Below, piece after piece: positions 38,286 to 50,605 of a DNA stretch of 64,000 nucleotides. The notes beneath the pieces are model-generated. The model ran no database searches and was not told where the DNA came from. It saw only the letters and a program-made list of their open reading frames with translations. The position numbers and the translations under genes are program-made. Location: positions 1 through 64,000 of the forward strand of contig NMRA01000921.1 in NCBI GenBank assembly GCA_002633005.1, in the 5' to 3' direction. Each line of letters starts with the position of its first letter. Within the stretch, counting starts at the first letter, position 1. This DNA comes from Phoronis australis (taxonomy: Eukaryota > Animalia > Phoronida).

Positions 38286-38891
38286 CTAACTAAGATAATT
38301 ATTAAAATCTCAAATAGCCATGTTTCTGCGAGGCGCGAATGTACTGTGTATGAAAAAGAAGTGAAAGTATGAAATGAGGAAGAATATCTCAAAATTTGAA
38401 AATAAAAACCAAAATGAAACATGTTTCTGTGACATAATTGATACAGATTATATTGTCATCGCATCGACAAATACAGCAGTTAAGAGAACACATTTTGCAC
38501 TCAATTCATCAGAGTAAAAACAAATGGAAACACAAGACTTAATGTAAATAGACCTTCAGAAGAAATGCTCTTCAGAGAATAAGTCGTTCAGCGGTAGGGC
38601 ACGATACAATTCCGATTTCCCATTTCCTTAAACCATTTGCAAAAATATATTAGAAAATTTCATAATAGTCTGAAAACTGTTCTAAAACAACGAGACACGC
38701 CTTACACGCATGTCTGTTGTTATCCATAAAAAGACCACAGGACAGTTGATCAAGAAACATTGAGTTCGTAAAAGATTTACACTTTGAACAAATCAAATGC
38801 ATTAATAAGAAAATGATATTAATCGTTCTTGTGAAATTGCCACATGAGTGAGCACACTTAATTTTTTAACTAGAGCAAAACATGGACGTAC

Positions 38892-38927
38892 CTCCACCTT
38901 CTCCATTTCCAATTGGTTTAACGGTAT
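38892..38927 (-). CDS. Stalk micro-exon 5 (DTVKPIGNGEGG)
   Basis: 36 nt, TTTACAG| and |GTACGT, phase 1-1; paralogous to four other micro-exons. Confidence 0.7.
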
Positions 38928-38995
38928 CTGTAAACCATAATTTAGCTTTACATTAAATGTTCTTGTAAAAGTGGAGTCTCCACACAAATGGAAAC

Positions 38996-40939
38996 ACAAG
39001 AGCAACGCAGAGCGTTGAAATGCGCCCACAATTGCACCGCATACGGTATCCTTCTAGGGTTGTTTATTGGACCATAAAGTGGCCAGTAGAGGGCATATAT
39101 GTAGTATGTTGTACTTTGCAAACTGGAAAGGCATGGTCATTATCTCCTCAATAGGCTAGGGGCAAAATGTGAGTGATCTTCATAATACAAGCACATCCTA
39201 TACATCAGTTGCTTAAAGCACCACCGAAACATAGAACTAAAAACAAATTTACCAACATACGAGATTAGCACAGCATTAGAATGCCAGAAACAAATTTCTA
39301 CTTGGAAGTTTTCCTACATAGTCACGAAGTAACACAAAGTATACACCTGAAGACCTATGAAAATACAGAGGTCAATGTAAAATACTTAAATTGCCACTAG
39401 AGGCATACCGGTAGTCAGAATCATCCTAAAGTCGTCATCGTCCGTTGTCAACATCACATAAATACAATTGCTAAATTTAGTAAAGATCCTGCAAACGGTT
39501 TGGGAGATACAGCCATGGGCGCAAAAAAAACTGCCACTAGGAGGCGCCACAGTGATCAAAGTCATCGGAAATTCAGCGTCAACCGTCCTCTTCATAGTAA
39601 GAACATACATGCCAATTTTCACAATCATACTTATAGCGGTTTGGTTGATAGAGGGGTGGACGCCAAAAAACAGACTCAAAAACGGTAAAAATGGCTACTG
39701 GGTGTCGCAAACTAGGTCAAATCCATCCGAAAACAAGAGGATAGCGTCATCCCACAATTAGGTGCCTACATACCAAATTTCATGAAAATCCGTTAAGGAC
39801 TTATGAAGATACAGAGGTAAACGTAAAAAAATAAAATTGCCACTAGGGGGCACACTGGTAGGCGGATCCGTCCAAAAGTCATCGGCTGATAACATAATAT
39901 AATTACACTTATTAAATTTTCTAAAGATCCTGCGTACAGTTTAGGAGATACATCCATAGGCGCAAAAACAAAACAAAACTGCCACTAGGAGGTGCCACAG
40001 TGGTCGAAATCGTCTGAAAATCATCGTCAACCGTCCTCTACATAGCAAGCATATACATGCCAATTTTCACAATCATCCTTCGAGCGGTTTGGTTGATAGA
40101 GGGGTGGACGCACAAAACAGGCTCGAAAACACTAAAAAATGGCCACTAGGTGGCGCAAACTATGTCGAATCCATCTGAAAACGGGAGGATAGCGTCATCT
40201 CACTAATAGGTGCCGACATACCAAATTTCATGAAAATCCGTTCAGGACTTTTGAAGATACAAAGGTAAGCGTAAAAAAATTAAAATTGCCACTAGGGGGC
40301 ACACCGGTAGTCGGATCCGTCCAAAAGTCGTCATCTTCTGTTGTTAACATCATATAAATATACTTACACAATTTCGTAACGATCCTGCGAACGGTTTAGG
40401 GGCAGCCATAGGCGCAAAAAAACAAAACTGCCACTAGGAGGCGCCACAGTGGTCGAAATCGTCGGAAAATCATCGTCAATTGTCGTCTACATTATAAGCA
40501 TATACATGCCAATTTTCACAATCATCCTTCGAGCGGTTTTGTTGATAGAGGGGTGGACGCACAAAAACAGACTCGAAAACACTAAGAATGGCCACTAAGT
40601 GGCGCAAACTATGTCGAATCCATCTGAAAACGGCAGCATAGCGTCACCTCACTAATAGGTGCCTACACACCAAATTTCATGAAAATCCGTTCAGGACTTT
40701 AGAAGATACAAAGGTAAGCGTAAAAAACTAAAATTGCCACTAGGGGGCACACCGGTAGTCGGATCTGTCCGAAAGTTCGCACATGCTGTCCCATTCATGA
40801 ATAGAACATACCCGTATGTGCCAAATTTCATGAACGTCTGTCAAAGGGTTTTGGAGATAAAGCAGCGGACGCTTGACGCCACCCGGACGGACGGAGATGA
40901 CGGCATAATGCGTCCACATATAAATATGTGGGCGCATAA
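38996..40939. mobile_element. HINE/Helentron-like (pearl/DINE-type) element, family 1, copy 1
   Basis: Starts ACAAGAGCAACGC...ATGCGCCC; about 447-bp tandem units (AAATTGCCACTAG at about 39388, 39834, 40283, 40731); GACG microsatellite; terminal hairpin ATGCGTCCACATAT-AA-ATATGTGGGCGCAT. Confidence 0.75.
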
Positions 40940-41393
40940 CAAGTGACAAAAAGTTAATGTGCGCCAATGAAACACGGAATTTTAAATCTAGTCTGCTCAT
41001 AGTTGGTAGAATGAGCATACAGGGTACAGTTGGCACCTTTCTTGTGTTCAGAAAGACTATGGCACAAAATTCGAGTGGTCATGCCAAGGTGAAACTCACG
41101 CCAATCACTATAAATCACATACCCACAGCAAATGGTTTTCTGGGGTTAAGGTTCTTGATCATGCCAAACTTAATCAGTGAGACTATTCACATACAGGCCC
41201 CTGAATGCTGGGATGTCATGCAATAGGAAAGTTTGAATATTATAATACTGGTAGCTTCCTTTTTGCTTTCCCAACATTTCTTACTTCTCACTTGGTGAAA
41301 AATTCTTTTAAAAGCGACATGTGGTCAGCCCTCAATTATGATCAGTGTTCAGTGATCAAAGTTAATTTTGAGAAAGAGAAAATAATGTCATAC

Positions 41394-41429
41394 CTCCACC
41401 TTTTCCATTTTCTGTTGGCTTAACAGTAT
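41394..41429 (-). CDS. Stalk micro-exon 4 (DTVKPTENGKGG)
   Basis: 36 nt, TTTCCAG| and |GTATGA, phase 1-1. Confidence 0.7.
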
Positions 41430-42270
41430 CTGGAAATCATAATTTAGTTGCACCATCAATATTTTTATACAATGTACGTATCCATACTTCGAAGTTGAGG
41501 CTCAAAAGAAATGAAAATGCAATTGGTGAAATTTTGTAGTCCGTGTACAGGTATGTCTGCTTTTCTAATTTATACTAAACTGAAAGAAATGATACTAAAA
41601 TTTAGTGGCAAAGGAGTTCAGCAATTTTTCTTATTTTAGTACCAAAAAACTTGTTCATCAGTAGTTAGAGCAGCCAGGACTTTGAATCGTGACAATTGTC
41701 TGACATAGTCATAGCGCCACCATGTGGATTAGCTTCTAAAAGTACGCATTGTAACAAATTCCGTGATGGAGCAGGAGTACTTTCGAACATATGATGACCT
41801 AACAAAATGTGTTAACAGAGAAGCCCTACACCAAATGAATTAAAAAATGCCAAATAAGAAAATGAATATGCTTTCACAAGGTGCAAATGAAATAAAAATC
41901 CCCATTCATGCATAATACTATATGTAATTGAAATTTCTTTTGTTTTTGGAGAACATGCGTTTATAAATGTATTAGCGGAAAATCAATAAAAGACAGTTAT
42001 GATACTTGGCGTTTCCCAAACGAAGTGTACAATTCTGTTTTCTCCATTCCTTGCAACATTTCTCAAACATTTGGAAGAGTATATGTTTTCAGCAATGTCA
42101 TAATAGTTTGAACATACGGACCCATTAGCAGTTCGTACAAGGGGATTTGCAGTTTCGAAAAAAGACTCGAATTGCGTTGATAGGAGCTGATGCTGTTCAT
42201 GCTAGAAATGAAAGAGGGGTATTGTCTGTCTAATGATGAGTTTTTAAATTTGAGAAAAATATTGACATAC

Positions 42271-42300
42271 CTCCACCTTCTCCACTTCTAGTTGTAGTGT
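42271..42300 (-). CDS. Stalk micro-exon 3 (DTTTRSGEGG)
   Basis: 30 nt (in-frame 6-nt deletion relative to the others), TTTGCAG| and |GTATGT, phase 1-1. Confidence 0.7.
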
Positions 42301-42497
42301 CTGCAAATTATAATTAAGTTTTATATTAAGTATTCATGTCTTTAATAACAAAAATGTGGTGCACAACAAATGCGCCACTAGGTGGCACGAAATATGCCGA
42401 ATTCATGTGAAAATAGCAAAATGTCATTGTTTCTTTAATGGAAAGGTAATGTCTGCCTAATATTAAGTTTCTAATTTGGAGAAAAATAATGACACAC

Positions 42498-42533
42498 CTC
42501 CACCTTCTCCACTTCCAGTTGGTTTAATAGTGT
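42498..42533 (-). CDS. Stalk micro-exon 2 (DTIKPTGSGEGG)
   Basis: 36 nt, TTTGCAG| and |GTGTGT, phase 1-1. Confidence 0.65.
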
Positions 42534-45500
42534 CTGCAAATTATAATTAAGTTTTATGATGGTAAGTATTCATATCTGTAAGCAGAAGTTGGTGCATGAG
42601 AAATGCGCCAATGAATGCACCGCCAATGATCTGCTTCGAGGGATGTTTATTTATATTCCAAAATGACCACTAGATGGCGCGAAATATGCCAATCTGAAAA
42701 TAGCAACATGTCATTGTTTCTTTAATGGAAAGCTATTTACCAAATTTCATGAAAAATTGTCAAATAACGTCAGAGAAAATTAGGAAAACTGAAAAAATGA
42801 AACTGCCACTAGGGGGCACAGCTTTTGCTGGGTCTATCCTCAAGTCGTCGTCCATTGTCAACGTCATATAACTACATGTGCTAAATTTAACAAAGATTCT
42901 GCAGTGGGTTTAGGAAGTGGAAAAAAAATGTCACTAGGAGGGGGTTGTACTGAAACCCCCTTGATCTTCAACCCCCTCGATCCACGACCCATGAGGTGCA
43001 ACCCCCTCTACCCATGAACTGTGGCGATAGAGGTATCTGTGCCATTTTTACCTATTACACAATCTTATTACGTCGCTGGGCACCTTTCCCATAAGACATA
43101 CTTTAACGCCAGTCTGCTCTGGCTGAAGTCTGGTGATAGGAAACAGAAAGTGGCATGGGAATTCCGGTGGTCTTGAATAAAGCATTGTGAGCGCGCTAGA
43201 CGTCATCCCTATATCGTGCAAGTCAACATAACGTGCAGTACAGTTAGACAAACGGCTATCAATGGCACAGTTCAGATAAACTTAGGGAGAGAGAGTACGT
43301 TAACGTGAATGTACATAATTTCATATTTTTATTATTCGCTCTATATTCGTTTACAATATACTCCATATAATGCTGGAATACTTTTTATGTAGTTAAATTT
43401 TTGTTTTTCAAACTGTATTTACTGGTGATTTTATAGTTTTGTTAGTTCCTCAAACTCACTAATAAATGCTTATCTGCCAAATTTTATGAAAATCTGTGGA
43501 GGATCTTTTAAGATACAGACTGAGGTAAATGTGAAAATCTAAAATTTAATGAAGATCCTGCAAAGCGTTAACAAGATGCAGGCATAGGTGCCAAAGTCAA
43601 ACAAAATTGCCACAGTCTTATCAAATTTACCTGATGATGATTACTGATTATTTTACAAACGTCATTTTCCAGCTACACATTAGCTTCATTTTTGTTTTCC
43701 CAGCATTTCTTACTTCTCATTTGGCCAAACACTAATATTATTCTCGTGAAAGCGGCATAAGGACAACCTACTATTAACNNNNNNNNNNNNNNNNNNNNNN
43801 NNNNNNNNNNNNNNNNNNNNNNNNNNNNNNNNNNNNNNNNNNNNNNNNNNNNNNNNNNNNNNNNNNNNNNNNNNNNNNNNNNNNNNNNNNNNNNNNNNNN
43901 NNNNNNNNNNNNNNNNNNNNNNNNNNNNNNNNNNNNNNNNNNNNNNNNNNNNNNNNNNNNNNNNNNNNNNNNNNNNNNNNNNNNNNNNNNNNNNNNNNNN
44001 NNNNNNNNNNNNNNNNNNNNNNNNNNNNNNNNNNNNNNNNNNNNNNNNNNNNNNNNNNNNNNNNNNNNNNNNNNNNNNNNNNNNNNNNNNNNNNNNNNNN
44101 NNNNNNNNNNNNNNNNNNNNNNNNNNNNNNNNNNNNNNNNNNNNNNNNNNNNNNNNNNNNNNNNNNNNNNNNNNNNNNNNNNNNNNNNNNNNNNNNNNNN
44201 NNNNNNNNNNNNNNNNNNNNNNNNNNNNNNNNNNNNNNNNNNNNNNNNNNNNNNNNNNNNNNNNNNNNNNNNNNNNNNNNNNNNNNNNNNNNNNNNNNNN
44301 NNNNNNNNNNNNNNNNNNNNNNNNNNNNNNNNNNNNNNNNNNNNNNNNNNNNNNNNNNNNNNNNNNNNNNNNNNNNNNNNNNNNNNNNNNNNNNNNNNNN
44401 NNNNNNNNNNNNNNNNNNNNNNNNNNNNNNNNNNNNNNNNNNNNNNNNNNNNNNNNNNNNNNNNNNNNNNNNNNNNNNNNNNNNNAGATTATGTTTCAAT
44501 GGTTTTTATGCAGATTCACGATGTTTTTAAAACGTCTACAAACGGATCATATGACTTTAATAGCTTATTTAATGCATTAGAGTAAAATCAATGAAAAGAC
44601 AGTTCTCGCACACAGAAACACAACGTCCTTTTGGACTAAAGACCCTTCTGTACGTAGGATTTCAATGCAGTTTTTTTGTTTTCCCCATTCGTTGCACCAT
44701 ATTCGCAATATTTGGAACAAGAGCAACGAAGAGCGTTGGAATGCGTCAACGAATTTGAAGTTGGGAACAATGACTTGAATTGCTTTGATACGAAAATGAT
44801 GCTGTTAATGCGGCGTATCGACGGCTACCTACTGACCGAGAATGTCTGTGTTCCAATTTCCTAAAAAAGTGAAAGTTGCACAGAAATGGCAACGTTTTTG
44901 CACCGTACAAGAGTGTGGAGTGACGGTACGGAACATACCACTCAGTCAGTAGCCACACTTTTTTCTGCATATTTCAGTCTAGGAATCGGGTTTCAACCGA
45001 ACACAGAAGCGGCGTTAGGAGGAAGGACTGTCCACCATGTAGTGTATTTCTAAATTTTATAAATAACGGACAGAATGCTTCCATTCTAGGATGAGTGATG
45101 CTACGCCCTGGACCCGGGCTCAGAAGGAGTGCTAGGACACGTAGGCTGATGCACGGTGTTTAGACCCCACTAATTCTACATGGCAACAGTGAATACGAGT
45201 GACCAAGGTTTAACACAGCCTTTGAGAGTTTACCACTCCTTGGTTCAGTTGGTTGTAGCTCACTTATGTCTGCGGCATTGATCGTGCAAGTGGTTCAAGT
45301 TTGTATGGTCTCAAAGTCGATGACATTTGTTGTCCGATTCTTCTAGTATTTGATTGTATTCCCGTATCTATACTCTCCTCTCTGTCCGCATAATAATTGT
45401 CAAAATCTCGCTCAAAATCGACCTCGTCTTCTGATCTGCTGTGTTCTGCCATTAATGCAATTGATTGTCAAGTGACCAAATATCTTCCTTCCATTACATC

Positions 45501-45684
45501 ATTTGCAAATAACAAATTTTCCTTCAAAATTAAAAAATGGCTACCATTTGGCATAAAAAGGACTTATTCAGTTAGATTTTATGACATTCATTTCATATTA
45601 GCTAACTGAAACCTCAAAGACTAAGGAAATGCATTGTAGGAATTCATTAGGTTAATTTCAAGTTTAAGAAAAATATTGACATAC

Positions 45685-45720
45685 CTCCACCTTCTCCACT
45701 TTCAGTTGGCTTAATAGTGT
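45685..45720 (-). CDS. Stalk micro-exon 1 (DTIKPTESGEGG)
   Basis: 36 nt, TTTGCAG| and |GTATGT, phase 1-1. Confidence 0.7.
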
Positions 45721-47759
45721 CTGCAAATTATAATTAAGTTTTATATTAAATATTCATATCTATAAGCAACAGTTGGTGCACAGCAGAAAGATGCAGGATG
45801 TGAAAAGATACTGTGCATGTATAGTTGTGACACATGGAATGTCCTCATTTTCTAAATGGCAATTGTGGCAATTGCACTTCATTGAAATAAATGAAGTTGA
45901 ACGTACACAAGTATTCCGTAAGTTTTTGGATTGGAAACAGGGGTTTGTAGCCAGGACCCGTAGATCTAATCTATGTCCACGAGTGTTTAACTGGCCGGAC
46001 AACCTGTATGACGTGGTCGGAGCACCACCACCACGTGGATTCTGGAAGTACGCCATTGCAGCAAATCCATGGATGACTGAGCAAAAGAATCTTCAAGCAA
46101 ATGGTGAACTAACAAAACTTGTGAAACTTGTTGATGAAGAATTTAAGTTCTACTCAGAACACCAAAGTGATGTTCCATGAGTCTGGATACTTCGATAACG
46201 TGCAAAGCAAGGTGCTCCCGACGATTGTCATTGGAATTGAGTAATGCCTGAGAAGTCACATGATGACAAAAGTAATGTTGATTATCAACAGAGTAGCAAT
46301 TCACCAGTCTGTCAGAATTATGCAGAGGTCGATTATATAGTATGCAACCAAAGACCACTTGAAGTTTTTAGCTAGCTTGTGAATACATCAAAACAAACAC
46401 GTCCCGTACAATATTTCATCAAAATCCTTCAAGCACCACGTTAAACGGACAGGTCCGAAAATGAAGGTCAGAATCTGATGTATTCTCTTCAACTGAAACA
46501 CATACATCATAATACCACTATATCAATTATGGGGCTTGTTAGAATTTGAGATAAAACACAAAAAAGAAAAGAAAAGGCTGGTATTAATCATCCTTTGAAC
46601 CCTGTAGCATAAAGAGATGAATAGTAACTGAAAAACCTGGAGACGTAAACATAATAAAAATGGCCGCAGGGGGAAAATTGGTATCCAATTCAAAATGGTG
46701 AGGTGTCGTCGTCTCTATAATATCAAAATATTTACCTAATTTGAAAAAAAATCTGTCCAAAAATTGGGTATAGAATTTAAAAAACAACTTGACATTAGGG
46801 GGCAAATAAGAGGATAAACCACCATTTTATTCAAGCTCAACTTGAAACAGACAGCTAGATTCAATATACGCGACTCACACCACATGAGAGGGCAAAATTT
46901 TTGTAGCAATTATTCGTAAGCAAGATCTCCATTTCAGGACCGACCAAACTTGTGATAATTATACATCATTTGCGTTTTCCAACTACACAAACACACCAAC
47001 TTGCAGCCCTGAGGGGGCCAATGTTTGGACAATTTCTAGTGTGGGTGTGTGTGTCAGTGACACCACACTGAACATTGACGCATTAACACATATAAACAAT
47101 CTCAGATTCAGTGATTGTAAAAGAGATGACGGGTTCACTGATAACGCTACTTCCATTGACATGCCGGCACCACATGTACTCGTGAGATGCGGGAATTGGT
47201 GGAGATGACGTGACACCTCCACAAGTCAAACTGACTTGATCCTTGATGTAGTAGTCAAATGGTGATCGTTTTTAACATACTTGAATGTCAGCATCGGTTA
47301 TAGGCACTGATGCTGGTTGAAAAATTAAAAGAAAAGAAGCCATGAAATATACATTCTCAATCTAATACGGCAAGGTGAAATTCCTTGTCGAAACCCACCA
47401 ATTGCACTTGGCCCATATTATGGAACGAAAACTGCTAGGAACTGTACGTAACTGCGATGAAGGGATACGTTAACACAGCACTCTCTAATGATGATGAATT
47501 TCTATATAACAAGTTTATTCAATGTATTTCAACCACCAGTCCTGAGGTATGTGTTGTGATTTTTGATTCAAGAATCAATACATTAAACTAATTAATTTTA
47601 ATAATTTATCTTTTGCACCAACTCAGTTTCAGATTTGATGGAGAAACGTTACATGGCTTGAGTTCTCCCCCCACCGCCTGCCTACGTAGGGAAGACTACT
47701 TGGCATTCAAGAAGAGCAGAAATCATCTTCAATCTCTTTTCCCTACATCAGGGGGATTT

Positions 47760-48110
47760 CAGAACACCTATATACGTCTAGTTTATATCCCTGATGATGT
47801 CAACACCTATAGGAAGCCCGTTAACAGCCTGAGAAACGAACTAGTCCACCTCAAGGATCCCACCCCCTCGATCCCCAATGTTGTCATATCTCAAATGTCT
47901 TGCACTGAAGATCCATCTCATACCTACATCTGTGAGACTAAGCGATCCCTAGGTACCAGAATCAAAGAGCACAACAAACTGGACAAGTCCACAAGCATGG
48001 GAGAACATCCCGGAACATCTGGCCATACTGTAAGTGGTAAATGTGCCAAAACACTGTCTAAAGAAGAGAACTGGATCTCAAAGGAAGTTAAGGAATAATG
48101 AGACACAATA
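47760..48110 (+). pseudogene. Penelope-like GIY-YIG endonuclease fragment
   Basis: KPVNSLRNELVHLKDP...VISQMSC...YICETKRSLGTRIKEH...GEH...GHTV matches the PLE GIY-YIG pattern (YIGET.R.L..R..EH). Confidence 0.7.
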
Positions 48111-48897
48111 TGGCAGACAAGAGAAATTTTACTTTGTCAAAGTTAAGGAATTTGTTATTTATTTTTTAACCCTTGTCTGTGTAATGTAACGGTCTCCAAA
48201 CAATTGGTCAAATTTTGAGAATTCAAGCTATTTACTAAGCTTCTGAAAATCAGAGAAATGCAAATTTTAAGAACTACTTTTGTCCATGATTGAAAAATTT
48301 AAAAACAAATTATCAAGTATTTCATTATGGGTCAAAAGAAACAATAATTGCTACAGTAGTTATTTTCTATGCAAACTTGTTGATTCAGTTCGTGACTTAC
48401 GAACCTTGATTGGGGGTTTCAGAATGAACTGTTGAACTAGATTATAAAATACACTGTAGACAGTATTTGACTGTTGCTGCCTATACCAAAACTGACTGTG
48501 TCTACTTGAACGACCTCACAAAACATCTAACTGTAACAAATCTGCGGTACATTAAGCCAAAGTTCGACAAATCAACTGGTAGATCAAGAATTGGTAATTA
48601 GATTTTGCAATTTCAACCTGACATATTGTACCAGTCAGTATAATTTGACCTAAAATCGCGACTCAGAAGACCAGACCTTGGAGTAATTTTTGGCCAGGGA
48701 AATGTGAAAGGCTTACCACATTGAAGTGGAGCAAACCTTCAAGATTTGAAAGTAATTCTCATGTTTTGACAATGCGTTGACATTTCAGAATATATGCATA
48801 CAATTGTCCACACATAAGTACAATTTGCATAATGTTTACGATAATCCCATACACAGTACAATTTTTTCAAGAGGAAAAAACAGAGTAAGTCTTCTGC

Positions 48898-50605
48898 AAC
48901 AAGAGCAACGCGGAGCTTTGAAATGCGTCCACGAATGCATCGCAAATGCTGTGCTTTTAGGGTTGCTTATTTGTGTCATAAAATGGGTACTAGATGGCTC
49001 AAAAACATGTAATCCTTCCGAATATGGGAACATGTCACTGATTCTTTAATAGAAATCTATACACAAAATTCCAAATTTCATAGAAATCCACCAAGGAACT
49101 TCAGAGAAACAAAGGAAAATGGAATAAAATGAAATTGCCATAAGGGGGCACTCCACCTGTCTATTGTTTGCTTCATATAAATACATTTACTAAATTTAAT
49201 AAAGATCCTCCAGTGGATTTAGGAGATACAGCTTTGGGCGCAAAACAAAACAAAACTACCACTAGGAGGAGCCAGAGTAGTCAAAGCCGTCATCATCAAC
49301 CGTCCTCTTCACACTGAGAACATATATGATATGCTTAGGATGATTTGGTTGATAGAGAGGTAGACTCGAAAACAGCAAAAAAATGGCCAATAGGTGATGC
49401 AAATTACGTTGATTCTATCCAAAAATGGGAGGATTGCGTCATCTCATCAATAGATGCCCGTATTCAAAATTTTATGGAAATCTGTTGAGGACCTTTGAAC
49501 ATACAGAGGTAAACGTAAAACTTAAATTGCCACCAGGGGGAATATCAGTATTCAGATCCATCCCAAAATAATCTTCGTTCGTTGTCAACATTATGTAAAC
49601 ACACTTATTAATTTTAGTAAAGATCCTACAAACAGTTAAGGAGATATAGCTATGGGCACAAAAACAAACTGTCACTAGGAGGCGCCACAGTAGTCAGTCA
49701 TCAGAAAATCATCATCAGCCGTTAACTTTATAATAAAAACATATATGCCAATTTTCACAATTATCCTGAAAGCGGATTGGTTTATAGAGGGGTGGACGCC
49801 AAAAGACAGACTCGAAAACAGTAAAAACGGCCACTGGATGGCAAATCCATCTGAAAATGGAAAGACAGCATCACCTAACAGAAGCCTGTACGCCAAGTTT
49901 TATGAAAATACTTGAGGACCTTTGAAGATTCATAGGAAAACATAAAAAATAAAATTGCCACTAGGTGGCACACCAGCCAACAGATCTGTCTGAAAGTCAT
50001 TGTCGTCCATTCTCAAAATCATATAAATAAATGCACTTACTAAATTTAGTAAAGATGCTGCCAAACGGTTAAAGAGATAAAGGCATAGGCACCAAAAATA
50101 AAACTGCCACTAGGAGGCGCCACAGTAGTTGAAGTCATCAGAAAATCATCGCCAACTTTCATCTTCATAGTAAAACATACATGCCAATTTTCACAATCAC
50201 GCTTAAAGCAGTTTGGTTGATAGAGGGGTGGACATCAAAAAACAGACTTGAAAACAGTAAAAATGGCCATTAGGTGGGGCAAACCACCTCGAATTCATCC
50301 GAAAACGGGAGGATGATGTCATTTTACTACTTATGTACCAAATTTCATGAAAATACCTTGAGGACCTTTGAAGGCAAATGTAAAAAAACAAATTGCCACT
50401 AGGGGGCACACCGGTAGCTGGATAAGTCGGAAAGTTCGTTCATGACGTCCCATTAATGAAAGGAATACATGTCCAAAACTTCATGAGCATACCTCAATCG
50501 GTTTTGGGGATGCCAGAAGCTGGGCACCGGAAGCCAGACGGACGCCGCTCGGACGGACGCAGATGACAGCATAATACGTCCATATATAAATATGTGGGCG
50601 CATAA
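48898..50605. mobile_element. HINE family 1, copy 2
   Basis: Same head AACAAGAGCAACGC...ATGCGTCC, GCCACTAGG tandem units, GACG repeats and terminal ATATGTGGGCGCATAA hairpin as 38996-40939. Confidence 0.75.
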
